The position numbers and the translations under genes are program-made. DNA of 64,000 nt from Meiothermus sp. (GTDB lineage: Bacteria; Deinococcota; Deinococci; Deinococcales; Thermaceae), in the NCBI GenBank assembly GCA_033762915.1, contig JANRLD010000053.1, positions 77,094 through 141,093 of the forward strand. The letters run 5' to 3'. The notes under the pieces are model-generated. The model was not told the DNA's origin, searched no databases, and worked only from the letters and a program-made list of their open reading frames with translations. Positions 1 through 9,782 of this stretch are shown here, piece after piece. How positions within the stretch are numbered: the first letter of the stretch is position 1; every line of letters begins with the position of its first letter.

Positions 1-1146
1 CTCGTTGTGCCGCAACAGCTCGGCGGCGGTCATGCGGCCGTTAACCGTGCGAGCGAAAATGTCCATGATGCGGTCGGCAGCCTGCTCGAGGTTGATCTCG
101 CCCACCAGCAGGTCGGGGAGTTTCACGTCGATGTGCTCGCTCATGGTCGAGCAGGTGATGGGGTTGGGCGAGACCTTGATGACTGGGATGATGGGATGGC
201 CCACGATGTTTCCCTGTCCGGTGGTAAAGAAGTGCAGCACCGCGCCGCCCGCCGCGCAGAGGGTGACCTGCTCGGCCCCGGCGGAGGAGCTGTTCATGAA
301 CACCAGTCCCTGGCCTGGCTGCACCGCCTCGGCATAGTTGAGGACAGCATTGACCGGCCTGCTGCCGGTCTTCTGGATGTTACCCAGCGCCTTCTCCTCG
401 ATGGTGCTGAGGCCGCCCCTGATGTTGCCCTCGGTGGGCTGCGAGCCCAGCAGGTCGACGCCCTGGTCTTCGATCATCTGAATGTAGTCGTCGTAGATCT
501 TCTGGAACTTACGCCGGAGCGCGGGCGTGGCGCAACGGTTCGCGATCAGGTGCTCGCCGCCGGTCAGCTCGGAGGTCTCGCCAAAGATAACCGAGGCCCC
601 CAGGTCCACCAGCCGGTCCACCGCCCGGCCCTGGGCCTTGTTGCCCGCCAGGCCCAGCGTGGGGTCAGACTCGCCGCACTTGATCGAGAGCACCAACTCG
701 GAGACCGAGACCGGCTCGCGCCGCACCTCGGAGGCGTCCTGGGTCAGCCCGTAGGCCACCCTCGAGGCCGCATTAATCACGTTCAGGTCGCCGTAGCGCT
801 CGATGGAGAAGGTCTCGACGGGCTTGCCGGTCTTGGCGATGGCCGAGGCCACCCGGTCGGTCCACTTGGGCTCGATGCCGATCACCACCACGCTGTGGAC
901 GTTGGGGTTGGCCCCGTGGCCCGAGAGGGTGCGGAAGGTCAGCTCGAGGTCCTCGCCGAACTGTAGACGGCCGTAGGGGTGGGGCAGCGCGGTCGTCCCG
1001 TTAATCAGCCGGGCCACACCCTCCGCGGCGGAGTTGGATAGGTCGTCCACGGGCAGAATCAACACGTGATTCCGCACCCCGACAGCCCCATTCTCCCGGC
1101 GATACCCGTTGAGTTGCATCTTGGAGGCTCCTGACTTCTTCGCCAT
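1..1146 (-). CDS. suyB: UxaA-family hydro-lyase large subunit, most like (2R)-sulfolactate sulfo-lyase beta subunit; 3' end runs off the window
   Basis: Not in the ORF track. Manual minus-strand translation from ATG 1146 gives MAKKSGASKMQLNGYRRENGAVGVRNHVLILPVDDLSN...HPYGRLQFGEDLELTFRTL.G.GANPNV, typical of SuyB/UxaA. The start overlaps the upstream stop (TGATG). Confidence 0.75.
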   Translation of the reverse strand, partial: MAKKSGASKMQLNGYRRENGAVGVRNHVLILPVDDLSNSAAEGVARLINGTTALPHPYGRLQFGEDLELTFRTLSGHGANPNVHSVVVIGIEPKWTDRVASAIAKTGKPVETFSIERYGDLNVINAASRVAYGLTQDASEVRREPVSVSELVLSIKCGESDPTLGLAGNKAQGRAVDRLVDLGASVIFGETSELTGGEHLIANRCATPALRRKFQKIYDDYIQMIEDQGVDLLGSQPTEGNIRGGLSTIEEKALGNIQKTGSRPVNAVLNYAEAVQPGQGLVFMNSSSAGAEQVTLCAAGGAVLHFFTTGQGNIVGHPIIPVIKVSPNPITCSTMSEHIDVKLPDLLVGEINLEQAADRIMDIFARTVNGRMTAAELLRHNE

Positions 1147-1493
1147 CACTTGCCCCCTTTCTTGGCTTTGGCGGAGGAAGCAGCCTTGGCCTTGCTGCCC
1201 GCCTTGCCGTAGTCCCAGCGCAGCGTCCGAATGTTGTGCACGTGAACCCAGCCGCCCTTCTTCACGGCCTTGGTGACCTTGCCGACCTTCTCGCCGTACT
1301 CGATCACCACGTGCCCCACCGCCATATCTTTGAGCGCGACCTTGTGGCCCAGCGGGACGGCCTCGAGCGTCCTGACCTCCAAGGGTTTGCCCCCCTCGAG
1401 GCTTTGAATCACCAGCTCTTCTCCGGGCTGTAGGTCCGCGACCGCCACGGCCACGTCGTCGGTAACTTTATGCGCTAAGGCGCGGTGTGCCAT
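1146..1493 (-). CDS. suyA: SAF-domain small subunit of a UxaA-family lyase (SuyA-like)
   Basis: DDVAVAVADL...VPLGHKVAL.D...G..VIEYGE..G.......G.WVHVHNIRT SAF motif; coupled to the large subunit; GGAGG RBS. Confidence 0.75.
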   Translation of the reverse strand: MAHRALAHKVTDDVAVAVADLQPGEELVIQSLEGGKPLEVRTLEAVPLGHKVALKDMAVGHVVIEYGEKVGKVTKAVKKGGWVHVHNIRTLRWDYGKAGSKAKAASSAKAKKGGK

Positions 1494-1516
1494 GTTGCCT
1501 CCGTTTTAAACGCAAA

Positions 1517-1531
1517 TAGATTTTATATCTA
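1517..1531. promoter_or_regulatory. Palindromic operator candidate TAGA-N7-TCTA upstream of suyA
   Basis: TAGATTTTATATCTA; same geometry at 5109-5123 upstream of the GntR gene. Confidence 0.45.
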
Positions 1532-1679
1532 AAAAATGCCGAAGGTCAAGCAAGCCCGTTTCTGCAGAAAAAGACCCGGGTACAGGCTCGCCACAGACCG
1601 TAACGAGGTTAGGTTTGGATCAACTGGCAATTTTCCCAAAAATCACTATACTATCCCCGAAAAAGGAGATTTGTAATTT

Positions 1680-4600
1680 ATGAGAGGAGCATTCAACCAC
1701 TGGATCACGACGATGGGCCTCTTGGGGGGTTCCGCACTGCTCCTCTCGGGGTGTGGCCAGACCCAACCCGCAACCCCGATTAATCCCAACCAACTCGACA
1801 GCCGGGGCGGCACGATCCGCTCCAGCGACGAGAAGGCCAGCCTCCAGATTCCTGGACAGACCCTGAGCGGCGCGGTGGTGTTCAGCCTGGCACCCAGCAA
1901 TCAAACCGTCAAAGCCCCTGCCGACAAGGTGCTGGTCTCGGGGACGATGTACGCCCTCGGCAGCACCCCCAGCACCACCCTGGCCAAGCCCAGCACCCTC
2001 AGCATCCAGTATGACCCCGCCCTGGTGGAGGGCCTAGGGCGAAAACTGGGCGTGAGCAGCCAGGCAGCGGCCAACACCCTCGAGGTCGCACTCCTTGCGA
2101 ACGGCGCTTGGGTGCCGGTGGGCGGCAGCAGCGCCGACCCCAACGCCTCAACCGTGCAAGCCCCCATCACCGAGATGGGGATTTATGCTTTGCTGGCCCC
2201 CGATGGTTCTAAACCAGTATGGAGGCTCGAGGTACGTGGCGGCATCGGGGCTATTGGGAACAACATCAACGAAGTACAGCCCATCGCCGAGGCCATCAAC
2301 CGCAACTACCTTTACATCAGTCTGAGCCGCAATGGTCAAGTTCCCACTAGCCCAGTAGCCCTCCACCTCAGCGGCCCCAACGGCTTTAACACTACGCTCC
2401 CCTATACCGAGGGACGCAACTGGGGGATGTTCGGCCTTGCAACCCGCCAAGCCGGACTGTTCACCCTGCGCTTTAGTGCGGACGGGCAGGACATTTCCAG
2501 TACAGTAGACATCGCCGCGACCCCTACCTTGCCGCTGCCCGTAATCAGCGCGCAGGTGGTGTCCGGGCGGGTCGAAACCCGCTGGGAACCGATTGCTGCT
2601 GCCCAGAGCTACGAAGTGCGGCTGTATGGCCCCACCCTTTCGGTAGTGCAGACCCTGCAAACCAAGAATACCAACGCCAACCTGACCATCCCCTCTAATC
2701 TGATTGGTCAGAACATCGCCGTCATGGTGCTGGCCTACACCTGGGACAACACCCTCGAGCGTACCCAACCCTACCCCACAATCCTCGAGAAAACCAATGC
2801 CTCGGCCTCGCTGGTTTCCTTCACACAAAGCAATCCCCCCTCTAACCCTACCAACACTCCCAGGCTCATCAACCTGAGTCCCGCGACCCTGAGCCTATCA
2901 ACCGGCACGGGACGAACCGCTAGCGCTTATATCAACTTTGGCAATGGCGGCACGGCTCCCCTCACCTATCGAGCCTCGGTGAATAACAGTAGTTTCAGAA
3001 TCTTAGGAAACGAGATCGGCAGCGTTGATCCTGGCTTGTTCCCACGCCTTCAAGTGGAAGGCACTTGTGGCAGCACCCAGAACACCCTCACTGGGATTTT
3101 CACACTCACCACCAACGACCCCAATACTCCCACTCGCACTGTGCCACTGCGCCTCGAGTGTTTTAGCTTTACTGCCCTCCGGGCCGAACTGGTCTATAAC
3201 GAGTTTAGCCATAAAGGCGGCTCTAGCTCCTACTACGACCCTACCCTCTCCGACGCAGAGTGGAGCCCGGACAGAAGCCGGATCGCCACTTACGGAAGCG
3301 GCGAGCAAGTCATCATCTGGGATGCTCAGACCGGGCGCTCATTGCGGCGGAGTCAGCAGGCCATTAACGCCTACAGCGGTACCAAGGTACTGGCTATGCG
3401 CTGGAGTCCAACCGGTGGGGACATCGCCTTCATCAGCTACAGCGGGGATAGAATCCGGATTCTGGATTCGTCAACGGCCCGCGAGCGCTTAGTTATCCGG
3501 GCACTCAACGGCGATTTTGATCAGCTTGCATGGAGTCCGGACGGCACCCAAATCGCCTCTCGAGCCCGCAACGAACTGCATATCTATGAAACAACCGCCG
3601 GAAATCTGCGCCGCCGGATCAGCTTGCCTACGGAGTTCTACAACGGTGGGAGCCGCATCCTTGGCTGGAGCACCGACGGAAGCCAGGTGCTCACTTTGGA
3701 TGGAATAAACTCGAATGGTACCCCGGTGGGTATCAACTTTTGGCGCGTTTCGGACGGCTCGTTGGCCCGCCAGCAGAACATCCAGATTCCTAGCTACTGG
3801 GGAATGGCTGGCGAGGCCCTCAGCCCGAACCGGACCACCCTGGCAATAGGCCTTAGCAGCACCAGTGGCTCCGATGACTACCGGGTGCAACTCTACCGCG
3901 TCAGCGACGGACAGGCTCTACCAGAGTTCCCCACCAACCGAGCCAACCGAGACTCGCTCCGATTGCAGTGGAGCCAGGACGGGAGTCGGATACTCGCCTC
4001 GAGCAGACAGTGCCCTGCGCTAAACCCCAACTCTGGTATCTGTCTGCACCTATGGCGTACTTCAGATGGAGCCCTACTACACAGCATCGCCACCAGCATT
4101 GACGCGACCCAGCAAGGCATCACCCTCTCAGCATCGGGGGATCAAGCCTTAATCTCGTCCACGTCAACCGTGGCGAGGTTGATTTCCCTCGCTACTGGAA
4201 ACCCTATCCTTCTTCTGGGGAATCACGGCAGCAGCATCAGAAGCCTAGCCTTCGACTCGAGCAACCGCCTGCTCAGTGGTAGCAACAACACCAACTTTTC
4301 GGGATACAACCTGAGCTTTAGAAACCTAAGCAGTTCCCAGATCACCCGCTTCGGCGATATAACTGCATCGGGGATGCAAACTGTCACGTGGATGCCCAAC
4401 AACCGCGTGGCTGGGATCGAGGTGGACAGCCGGAGTGGATTCGCTGCTTTAAAGGTATTCGATACCACTACCCAGCAGCAGACTCGCTCCGTTTCCATTG
4501 AGGGGCGCTGGTTCGTGTGGAGTCCCGACGGACGCAGGCTGCTTTACCAGCCCAGCGAGCAACGTATCGGCATATTCGATGTGGAGAACGCCCGCCATTT

Positions 4601-5111
4601 GGCAGACCTCGAGACACAGCCCAACGACTCAACTATAGATCGTACCAGCTTAGCCTGGAGTCCCGATGGCAGTCAGATCGTGCGACCAAGCTCGGGCGAG
4701 TTGGTCTTCTTCGACCCTCAGAACGGCAGAATTGTTCGGCGGGTCACCGCTTCAGGCGGATTCTTGCCGTGCTTCATGGGACGCATATTCTGGCAGGGTA
4801 ACAGCTTGGTCTGCGGCAGCAGCTCAGGCCAGTTAGGGGTGATGAATGTTACCAACGGGCAAATGATATTCACTCAAAGCGAACCAACCTCCAGCGAACG
4901 CTTGGTCGGCTTGAGTCCGAACGGGCAGCAACTTGTCCTAGTTAGCGACACCACCACTCGAATCATCTCTCTGAACGGCATCGAGTTGCTTCGGATGCCT
5001 AATGGCGACTACAACACTATCGGAGATGCCGCCTGGAGCAGCGACGGGAGTCTGCTGGCCTTTGGCGGAGTGACTTCGCTCGAGGTCTACCGCATCACCC
5101 CTCAGCCGTAG
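1680..5111 (+). CDS. Large lipoprotein with N-terminal beta-sandwich/Ig-like regions and C-terminal WD40/PD40-like beta-propeller repeats
   Basis: Hydrophobic N-terminus with lipobox LSGC; many WSPDG/WSTDG/WSSDG repeats in the C-terminal half; 1143 aa uninterrupted. Confidence 0.8.
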   Translation: MRGAFNHWITTMGLLGGSALLLSGCGQTQPATPINPNQLDSRGGTIRSSDEKASLQIPGQTLSGAVVFSLAPSNQTVKAPADKVLVSGTMYALGSTPSTTLAKPSTLSIQYDPALVEGLGRKLGVSSQAAANTLEVALLANGAWVPVGGSSADPNASTVQAPITEMGIYALLAPDGSKPVWRLEVRGGIGAIGNNINEVQPIAEAINRNYLYISLSRNGQVPTSPVALHLSGPNGFNTTLPYTEGRNWGMFGLATRQAGLFTLRFSADGQDISSTVDIAATPTLPLPVISAQVVSGRVETRWEPIAAAQSYEVRLYGPTLSVVQTLQTKNTNANLTIPSNLIGQNIAVMVLAYTWDNTLERTQPYPTILEKTNASASLVSFTQSNPPSNPTNTPRLINLSPATLSLSTGTGRTASAYINFGNGGTAPLTYRASVNNSSFRILGNEIGSVDPGLFPRLQVEGTCGSTQNTLTGIFTLTTNDPNTPTRTVPLRLECFSFTALRAELVYNEFSHKGGSSSYYDPTLSDAEWSPDRSRIATYGSGEQVIIWDAQTGRSLRRSQQAINAYSGTKVLAMRWSPTGGDIAFISYSGDRIRILDSSTARERLVIRALNGDFDQLAWSPDGTQIASRARNELHIYETTAGNLRRRISLPTEFYNGGSRILGWSTDGSQVLTLDGINSNGTPVGINFWRVSDGSLARQQNIQIPSYWGMAGEALSPNRTTLAIGLSSTSGSDDYRVQLYRVSDGQALPEFPTNRANRDSLRLQWSQDGSRILASSRQCPALNPNSGICLHLWRTSDGALLHSIATSIDATQQGITLSASGDQALISSTSTVARLISLATGNPILLLGNHGSSIRSLAFDSSNRLLSGSNNTNFSGYNLSFRNLSSSQITRFGDITASGMQTVTWMPNNRVAGIEVDSRSGFAALKVFDTTTQQQTRSVSIEGRWFVWSPDGRRLLYQPSEQRIGIFDVENARHLADLETQPNDSTIDRTSLAWSPDGSQIVRPSSGELVFFDPQNGRIVRRVTASGGFLPCFMGRIFWQGNSLVCGSSSGQLGVMNVTNGQMIFTQSEPTSSERLVGLSPNGQQLVLVSDTTTRIISLNGIELLRMPNGDYNTIGDAAWSSDGSLLAFGGVTSLEVYRITPQP

Positions 5112-5123
5112 ACAAAAAATCTA
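5109..5123. promoter_or_regulatory. Second TAGA-N7-TCTA operator candidate, upstream of the GntR gene
   Basis: TAGACAAAAAATCTA, followed by TTGACG and, 18 nt later, TAGACT promoter-like boxes. Confidence 0.4.
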
Positions 5124-5165
5124 AAATTTGACGGGGCTGGTCTGGGTTGCCTAGACTGGCCCCAG

Positions 5166-5825
5166 ATGATCGAGCACACGCTCCAGCGCACCACCCTCAA
5201 CCGCGAGGCCTACAAAACCTTGCGCCAGGCCATTTTGGGGCGGACGATTCCCAGCGGACAGAAGCTGGTGGTGCGGGTGCTGGCCGAGCAGTTGGGGCTC
5301 TCCCCCACCCCTGTGAAGGAGGCCCTGAGCGCCCTCGAGCGCGAGGGCCTGGTGGTGGCCATTCCCCACCGAGGATATTTCGTCCTCGAGCCCACCCTCG
5401 AAGACATCCGTGAGATTTACAACCTGCGGGAGGTGCTGGAGGGGCTAGCAGCGCGGCTGGCAGTGGCGAACGACGGGCAGGCGCTGGTCGCGAAGCTCGA
5501 GAAGCTCCTGACCAAGCAGCACAAGGCCGCCGACAAGGGCGACCTCGAGAGCTACGGCGACCTTGATCTGGCCTTTCACAGGACTTTTTGGGAGGCGGCG
5601 CACAACAGAAGATTGCTGGCAACCGCCGAGACCATCGACGGGCAGATTCGGATGCTGATTAACAGCTCGGCAGCGATTCCGGGGCGGCTGGTGGGCTCTA
5701 GGGCCGAGCACGAGGCAGTGATGGCGGCGGTGCGGGGCAAAGACCCTGAGGCAGCAGAGGCCGCGATGCGAACCCACGTGCGGAACGCGGGGCGGGCGCT
5801 CGAGGCGTATCTCATCAAGCCATGA
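5166..5825 (+). CDS. GntR-family transcriptional regulator (FCD domain)
   Basis: LAEQLGLSPTPVKEAL..LEREGLV...PHRGYFV wHTH; DLAFH and EH..V..AV..KD.EAA..AMRTH FCD motifs. Confidence 0.92.
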   Translation: MIEHTLQRTTLNREAYKTLRQAILGRTIPSGQKLVVRVLAEQLGLSPTPVKEALSALEREGLVVAIPHRGYFVLEPTLEDIREIYNLREVLEGLAARLAVANDGQALVAKLEKLLTKQHKAADKGDLESYGDLDLAFHRTFWEAAHNRRLLATAETIDGQIRMLINSSAAIPGRLVGSRAEHEAVMAAVRGKDPEAAEAAMRTHVRNAGRALEAYLIKP

Positions 5826-6721
5826 ACTACCTCGGACTCGACGCAGGAGCCAGCAGTTGCAAGTGGGCGGTGGTGGACGCCGAGGGCCGCACCATCGCCG
5901 AGGGGCGCAGCAGCCCCTGGACCGGGCATCTATTCGACGACCTGCAGCGCGGCAGGGTGCGGGCGGCGCTCGAGGAGCTCGCGGACCAAGTCCGGCCCTA
6001 CTCGCCCCGGGCTGTGGTTGCGGGCGTGACCGGGCTGGACAGGGAGAGCAGTGAGGCGGAGCAGCTGTCGCGGTGGATCGCGGAGTTGCTGGATGTGGAG
6101 AGGCCCAGGGTCCAGATCATGGGCGACATGGACTTGATGTACCGGGCCAACTTCGAGCCGGGCGAGGGAATTCTGGTCTACGCGGGAACCGGCTCGGTGG
6201 CCTACCACCTGACCAAGGATGGCGGCATCGTCCGGGCAGGCGGACAAGGGTTCATGATCGGTGACGAAGGCGCAGGATTTTGGATCGGCAAGACCGGGCT
6301 CCGGCAGGTGCTGCGCTGGCTGGATCGCGGCGAGGAAGTTGCGGAACGACCCCTGGCCCGCCACCTCTTCGAGGCGATGGGCGGCTCGAGCTGGCCCCGC
6401 ATACGCGAGTACGTCTACGGCGGCGGGCGGCAGGCCGTAGCAGCGCTGGCCCCGGCCGTGGGCCGGGCCGCGCAAGACGGGGATGCGGCAGCCCAGACCA
6501 TCCTGCGTCAGGCCGGGCACGAACTTGCCGAGCTAGGCCTGAGCCTCAAGTACCGCCTGGGGGACCTGCCGGTGACCCTGTGCGGCGGGGCACTGCGGGT
6601 CAGCCCGCTGATCGAGGGGGGCGCGAGGGAGCGCCTCGAGCTGACCGCCAGCGACGCCTCGGGGGCGCTTGCGGCGGCGAGGCTAGCGCTGGGGGCAGAC
6701 AGTGGGGCCGGTAGCGGGTAG
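5822..6721 (+). CDS. BadF/BadG/BcrA/BcrD-family sugar kinase (GlcNAc/MurNAc kinase-like)
   Basis: LGLDAGASS, AGTGSV, RAGGQGFMIGDEGAGFWIG motifs; lies upstream of murQ. Confidence 0.85.
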   Translation: MNYLGLDAGASSCKWAVVDAEGRTIAEGRSSPWTGHLFDDLQRGRVRAALEELADQVRPYSPRAVVAGVTGLDRESSEAEQLSRWIAELLDVERPRVQIMGDMDLMYRANFEPGEGILVYAGTGSVAYHLTKDGGIVRAGGQGFMIGDEGAGFWIGKTGLRQVLRWLDRGEEVAERPLARHLFEAMGGSSWPRIREYVYGGGRQAVAALAPAVGRAAQDGDAAAQTILRQAGHELAELGLSLKYRLGDLPVTLCGGALRVSPLIEGGARERLELTASDASGALAAARLALGADSGAGSG

Positions 6722-6757
6722 GGGCGGCAAACACTTCCGAACGTCCCCACACGTCAA

Positions 6758-6925
6758 AGTTGCGCCAGGGTGAGTCTGCGAGATCTGTGAGGGTAACCGT
6801 TGCCTTCCTGGGCGAAGTGGCTTGCGCCATAGCCGCAGAGCGGCTACCCGGGGCCGAGTGGCTTACACCATAGCTGCATGGCGCAATTCCGCAAGCGTTT
6901 CGGGGCGGCATCTCGCAGTTCAACT
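6758..6925 (-). repeat. Dispersed intergenic repeat family A, copy 1 (inverted)
   Basis: Reverse complement matches 38105-38225 (agccact..cccagg.agg...caccctggcgcaact) and 61840-61890 (agttga..tgcga.atgccgccc). Contains an internal 22-bp direct repeat at 6816-6837 and 6857-6878. Confidence 0.65.
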
Positions 6926-6984
6926 TTTACCACACTTGGGCTGTTTCGCCGCTGCTGCCCTGTTCCCTGATATTGTCATAGCCG

Positions 6985-7917
6985 ATGAGCAAACCCATCT
7001 TGGCGACCGAACAAGTCAGCGAACAATTTCGCGATCTGGACACCTGGGAGACCCTCGAGATCGTCCGTGCCCTGGCCGATGACCAGCTGGGCGCGGTGCA
7101 GGCCGTGCAGCGGGCCGCGCCGCAAATCGCTCGGGCCGCCGACTTGGCCGCCCTGCGGCTGGGGGGCGGAGGGCGGTTGATCTACGCGGGGGCGGGCACC
7201 AGCGGGCGGCTGGGGCAGCTCGACGCCTCGGAACTGCCGCCGACCTTTTCTTGGCCCAGGGAGCGCGCCCTGGCCTGCATGGCGGGCGGCCAAGCCGCAC
7301 TGTGGAAGGCCATCGAGGGTGCGGAGGATGACCACGAGGCGGGCAAGCTGGACGTGCTAGCCCTTAGCCCGACTGCCAGCGATGTGGTGATCGGGATCGC
7401 GGCCTCAGGCACCACACCCTACCCGCAGGGGGCCTTCGAGGCAGCAAGGAGTGCGGGCGCCTTGACCATCGGGATCGCCAACAACCCCGGCACGCCCCTG
7501 GTTCAAAGCTGCGACGCCGCGATTGTGCTGGACACCGGCCCGGAGGTGATCTCCGGCTCCACCCGCCTAAAGGCCGGAACCGCCCAGAAGATCGCCCTCA
7601 ACACCTTATCCAGCAGCATCATGGTGCGGCTGAACAAGGTCTACGGCAACCTGATGGTCGACGTTCAGGCCACCAACATCAAGCTGGTCAGGCGGGCCAT
7701 TCACCTGGCCCAGATCGCCACCGGGGCCTCGGAGGAGGAAGCCAAAGGCGCCCTCGAGCGCTGCGGCTTCCGGGTGAAGGTGGCCATCGTGATGCTGCGC
7801 TTGGGTCAGGACGCCGAGGCGGCGGCGGAGCTTTTGGGGCGGGTCGGAGGGAGCGTGCGGGCTGCCTTGAGCCAGCAGAGCGGAACGAGGAGGGAGGGAA
7901 GAGAAGACGACACCTGA
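6985..7917 (+). CDS. murQ: N-acetylmuramic acid 6-phosphate etherase
   Basis: GAGTSGRLG.LDASE.PPTF, EGAED, GIAASG.TPY, GPEVISGSTRLKAGTAQK, GNLMVDV.ATN.KL. Confidence 0.96.
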   Translation: MSKPILATEQVSEQFRDLDTWETLEIVRALADDQLGAVQAVQRAAPQIARAADLAALRLGGGGRLIYAGAGTSGRLGQLDASELPPTFSWPRERALACMAGGQAALWKAIEGAEDDHEAGKLDVLALSPTASDVVIGIAASGTTPYPQGAFEAARSAGALTIGIANNPGTPLVQSCDAAIVLDTGPEVISGSTRLKAGTAQKIALNTLSSSIMVRLNKVYGNLMVDVQATNIKLVRRAIHLAQIATGASEEEAKGALERCGFRVKVAIVMLRLGQDAEAAAELLGRVGGSVRAALSQQSGTRREGREDDT

Positions 7918-8065
7918 GGGTCTGGAGGGTCGAGGTTCGGGCCACCCCAAAACGCCCGGGAAGAGGGTGCCCGTGATTGCAGCAGGGCACGCCTTCAGGG
8001 CTTGGGGCGGCCTCGCAAATACCCTGGCCAAACCTTAGCCCTGCCCCCTCTTTCTCCTTACCCAG

Positions 8066-8314
8066 CTACTGCAAGCCCGCCTCCTGCAGCCAGGTCTTCA
8101 GCTTGACGATGGAGAACCGGCTCATTGAGGCGGAGTGGGGGCCGTAGACCAGGGTGGGGACGGAGCGCTTGCCGTTGTTGGCTTGCAGCACCCGCTGCTC
8201 ACCCGCCGGGTCTTTGTCGATGTCCACTTCGATGTAGGGGATTTTGAGGGCCTCGAGGGCCTGTTTGGCGGCGCGGCAGTCGGGGCACCAGCCGGTGGAG
8301 TACATGGTTATCAC
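8066..8314 (-). CDS. Glutaredoxin/mycoredoxin-like protein
   Basis: MYST.WCPDC, NNGKRSVPTL. Confidence 0.85.
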   Translation of the reverse strand: MITMYSTGWCPDCRAAKQALEALKIPYIEVDIDKDPAGEQRVLQANNGKRSVPTLVYGPHSASMSRFSIVKLKTWLQEAGLQ

Positions 8315-8478
8315 AGGCTGAGTCTAGGCTAAGCGAAGCGAGATTACTGTGATTTACGCTCGAGATGTAGAGTTTTCCGCGCCTTTCCCCATAGAATAAT
8401 GCCGTCTTGTAAAGATTCGGCTGCTGGCTGACAGCTGCTGGCTGACGGCTACCGGCCAATCACCCCAAAGAGGACGCC

Positions 8479-9645
8479 ATGAGCAACTACACCCCCACCC
8501 CCGCCGACAAATTCACCTTCGGGCTATGGACCGTCGGGAACATCGGGCGCGACCCCTTCGGCAACCCCACCCGCAAGCCCCTGAGCCCCGAGTACATCGT
8601 GCGCAAGCTGGCCGAGATCGGGGCCTGGGGCGTCAACCTGCACGACAACGACCTAGTGCCCATCGACGCCACCGCAGGTGAGCGCAAGAAAATCCTGACC
8701 AGCTTCAAAAAGGCCCTCAAGGAAACCGGCGTGGTGGTGCCGATGGCGACCACCAACCTCTTCGGCGATCCGGTCTTTAAGGATGGGGCCTTCACCAATG
8801 CCAACGCCAAGATTCGGGCCTACGCCATCCAGAAGACCATGAACGCCATGGATTTGGGGGCGGAGCTGGGGGCCAGCACCTACGTCTTCTGGGGTGGGCG
8901 CGAGGGGGCCGAGGTGGACGCGGGTGGCAACACCCTTGACGCGATTGCCCACATGCGCGAAGCCATGAACTTCCTGGCCGAGTACAGCGAGTCGCAGGGC
9001 TACGGGTTCAGGTTCGCCCTCGAGCCCAAACCCAACGAGCCCAGGGGCGACATCTACCTGCCAGTGGTGGGGGCGGCGCTGGGTTTCATCGCCACCCTGG
9101 ACAAGCCCCACCTCTTCGGCGTGAACCCCGAGGTGGCCCACGAGACCATGGCGGGACTCAACTTCCTGCACGCGGTGGCCCAGGCAATCGACGCGGGCAA
9201 GCTGTTCCACATAGACCTTAACGACCAGAAGATGGGCCGCTTCGACCAGGATTTGCGCTTCGGGGCCGACAACATCAAGCAGGCGTTTTTGCTGGTGAAG
9301 CTGCTCGAGGACACCGGCTACTCTGGCCCCCGCCACTTCGACGCCCACGCCCTGCGCACCGAGGACGAGGCCGGGGTTTGGGAGTTTGCCAAGGGCTGTA
9401 TGCGCACCTACCTGATCCTCAAGGAGAAGGCCCGGCGGTTCAATGCCGACAAGGAGATTCAGGCCGCCATCAAGGCCTACAAGGTGCAGGACAAGGAGCT
9501 ATCCGCCCTGACCAAGAAGTTCAGCAAGAAGAACGCCGAGGCTTTGAAGGCCAAGAAGTTCAACCGCGTCGCGCTGGGCGAGGCCGGGCCGGGCCTCGAG
9601 CGGCTGGACCAGCTCACGATGGAGCTACTGATGGGGGTTAGGTAG
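8479..9645 (+). CDS. xylA: Xylose isomerase (class I, Thermus/Streptomyces type)
   Basis: [52 protein letters not shown]. Confidence 0.97.
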   Translation: MSNYTPTPADKFTFGLWTVGNIGRDPFGNPTRKPLSPEYIVRKLAEIGAWGVNLHDNDLVPIDATAGERKKILTSFKKALKETGVVVPMATTNLFGDPVFKDGAFTNANAKIRAYAIQKTMNAMDLGAELGASTYVFWGGREGAEVDAGGNTLDAIAHMREAMNFLAEYSESQGYGFRFALEPKPNEPRGDIYLPVVGAALGFIATLDKPHLFGVNPEVAHETMAGLNFLHAVAQAIDAGKLFHIDLNDQKMGRFDQDLRFGADNIKQAFLLVKLLEDTGYSGPRHFDAHALRTEDEAGVWEFAKGCMRTYLILKEKARRFNADKEIQAAIKAYKVQDKELSALTKKFSKKNAEALKAKKFNRVALGEAGPGLERLDQLTMELLMGVR

Positions 9646-9782
9646 GGGGCAGAAGGAAAGGCTTTTGGCCCTCGGCCCTCAGCAAAATCAGACCGCGGTG
9701 ACCTGCCCCCCTTTGGGCCGAACCGTTTGTGAGTCCAGGTCGGCTCGGTGTTTACAGCAAAGGGGGGTTGGGGGAATCGCCT

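Noticed and set aside
7..966. 319-aa plus-strand ORF
   Set aside because: Antisense shadow of the SuyB/UxaA-family gene; it has no motifs of its own.
6816..6878. Mini CRISPR array (22-bp repeat, 19-bp spacer)
   Set aside because: Only two imperfect copies, no cas genes, and it lies inside repeat family A.
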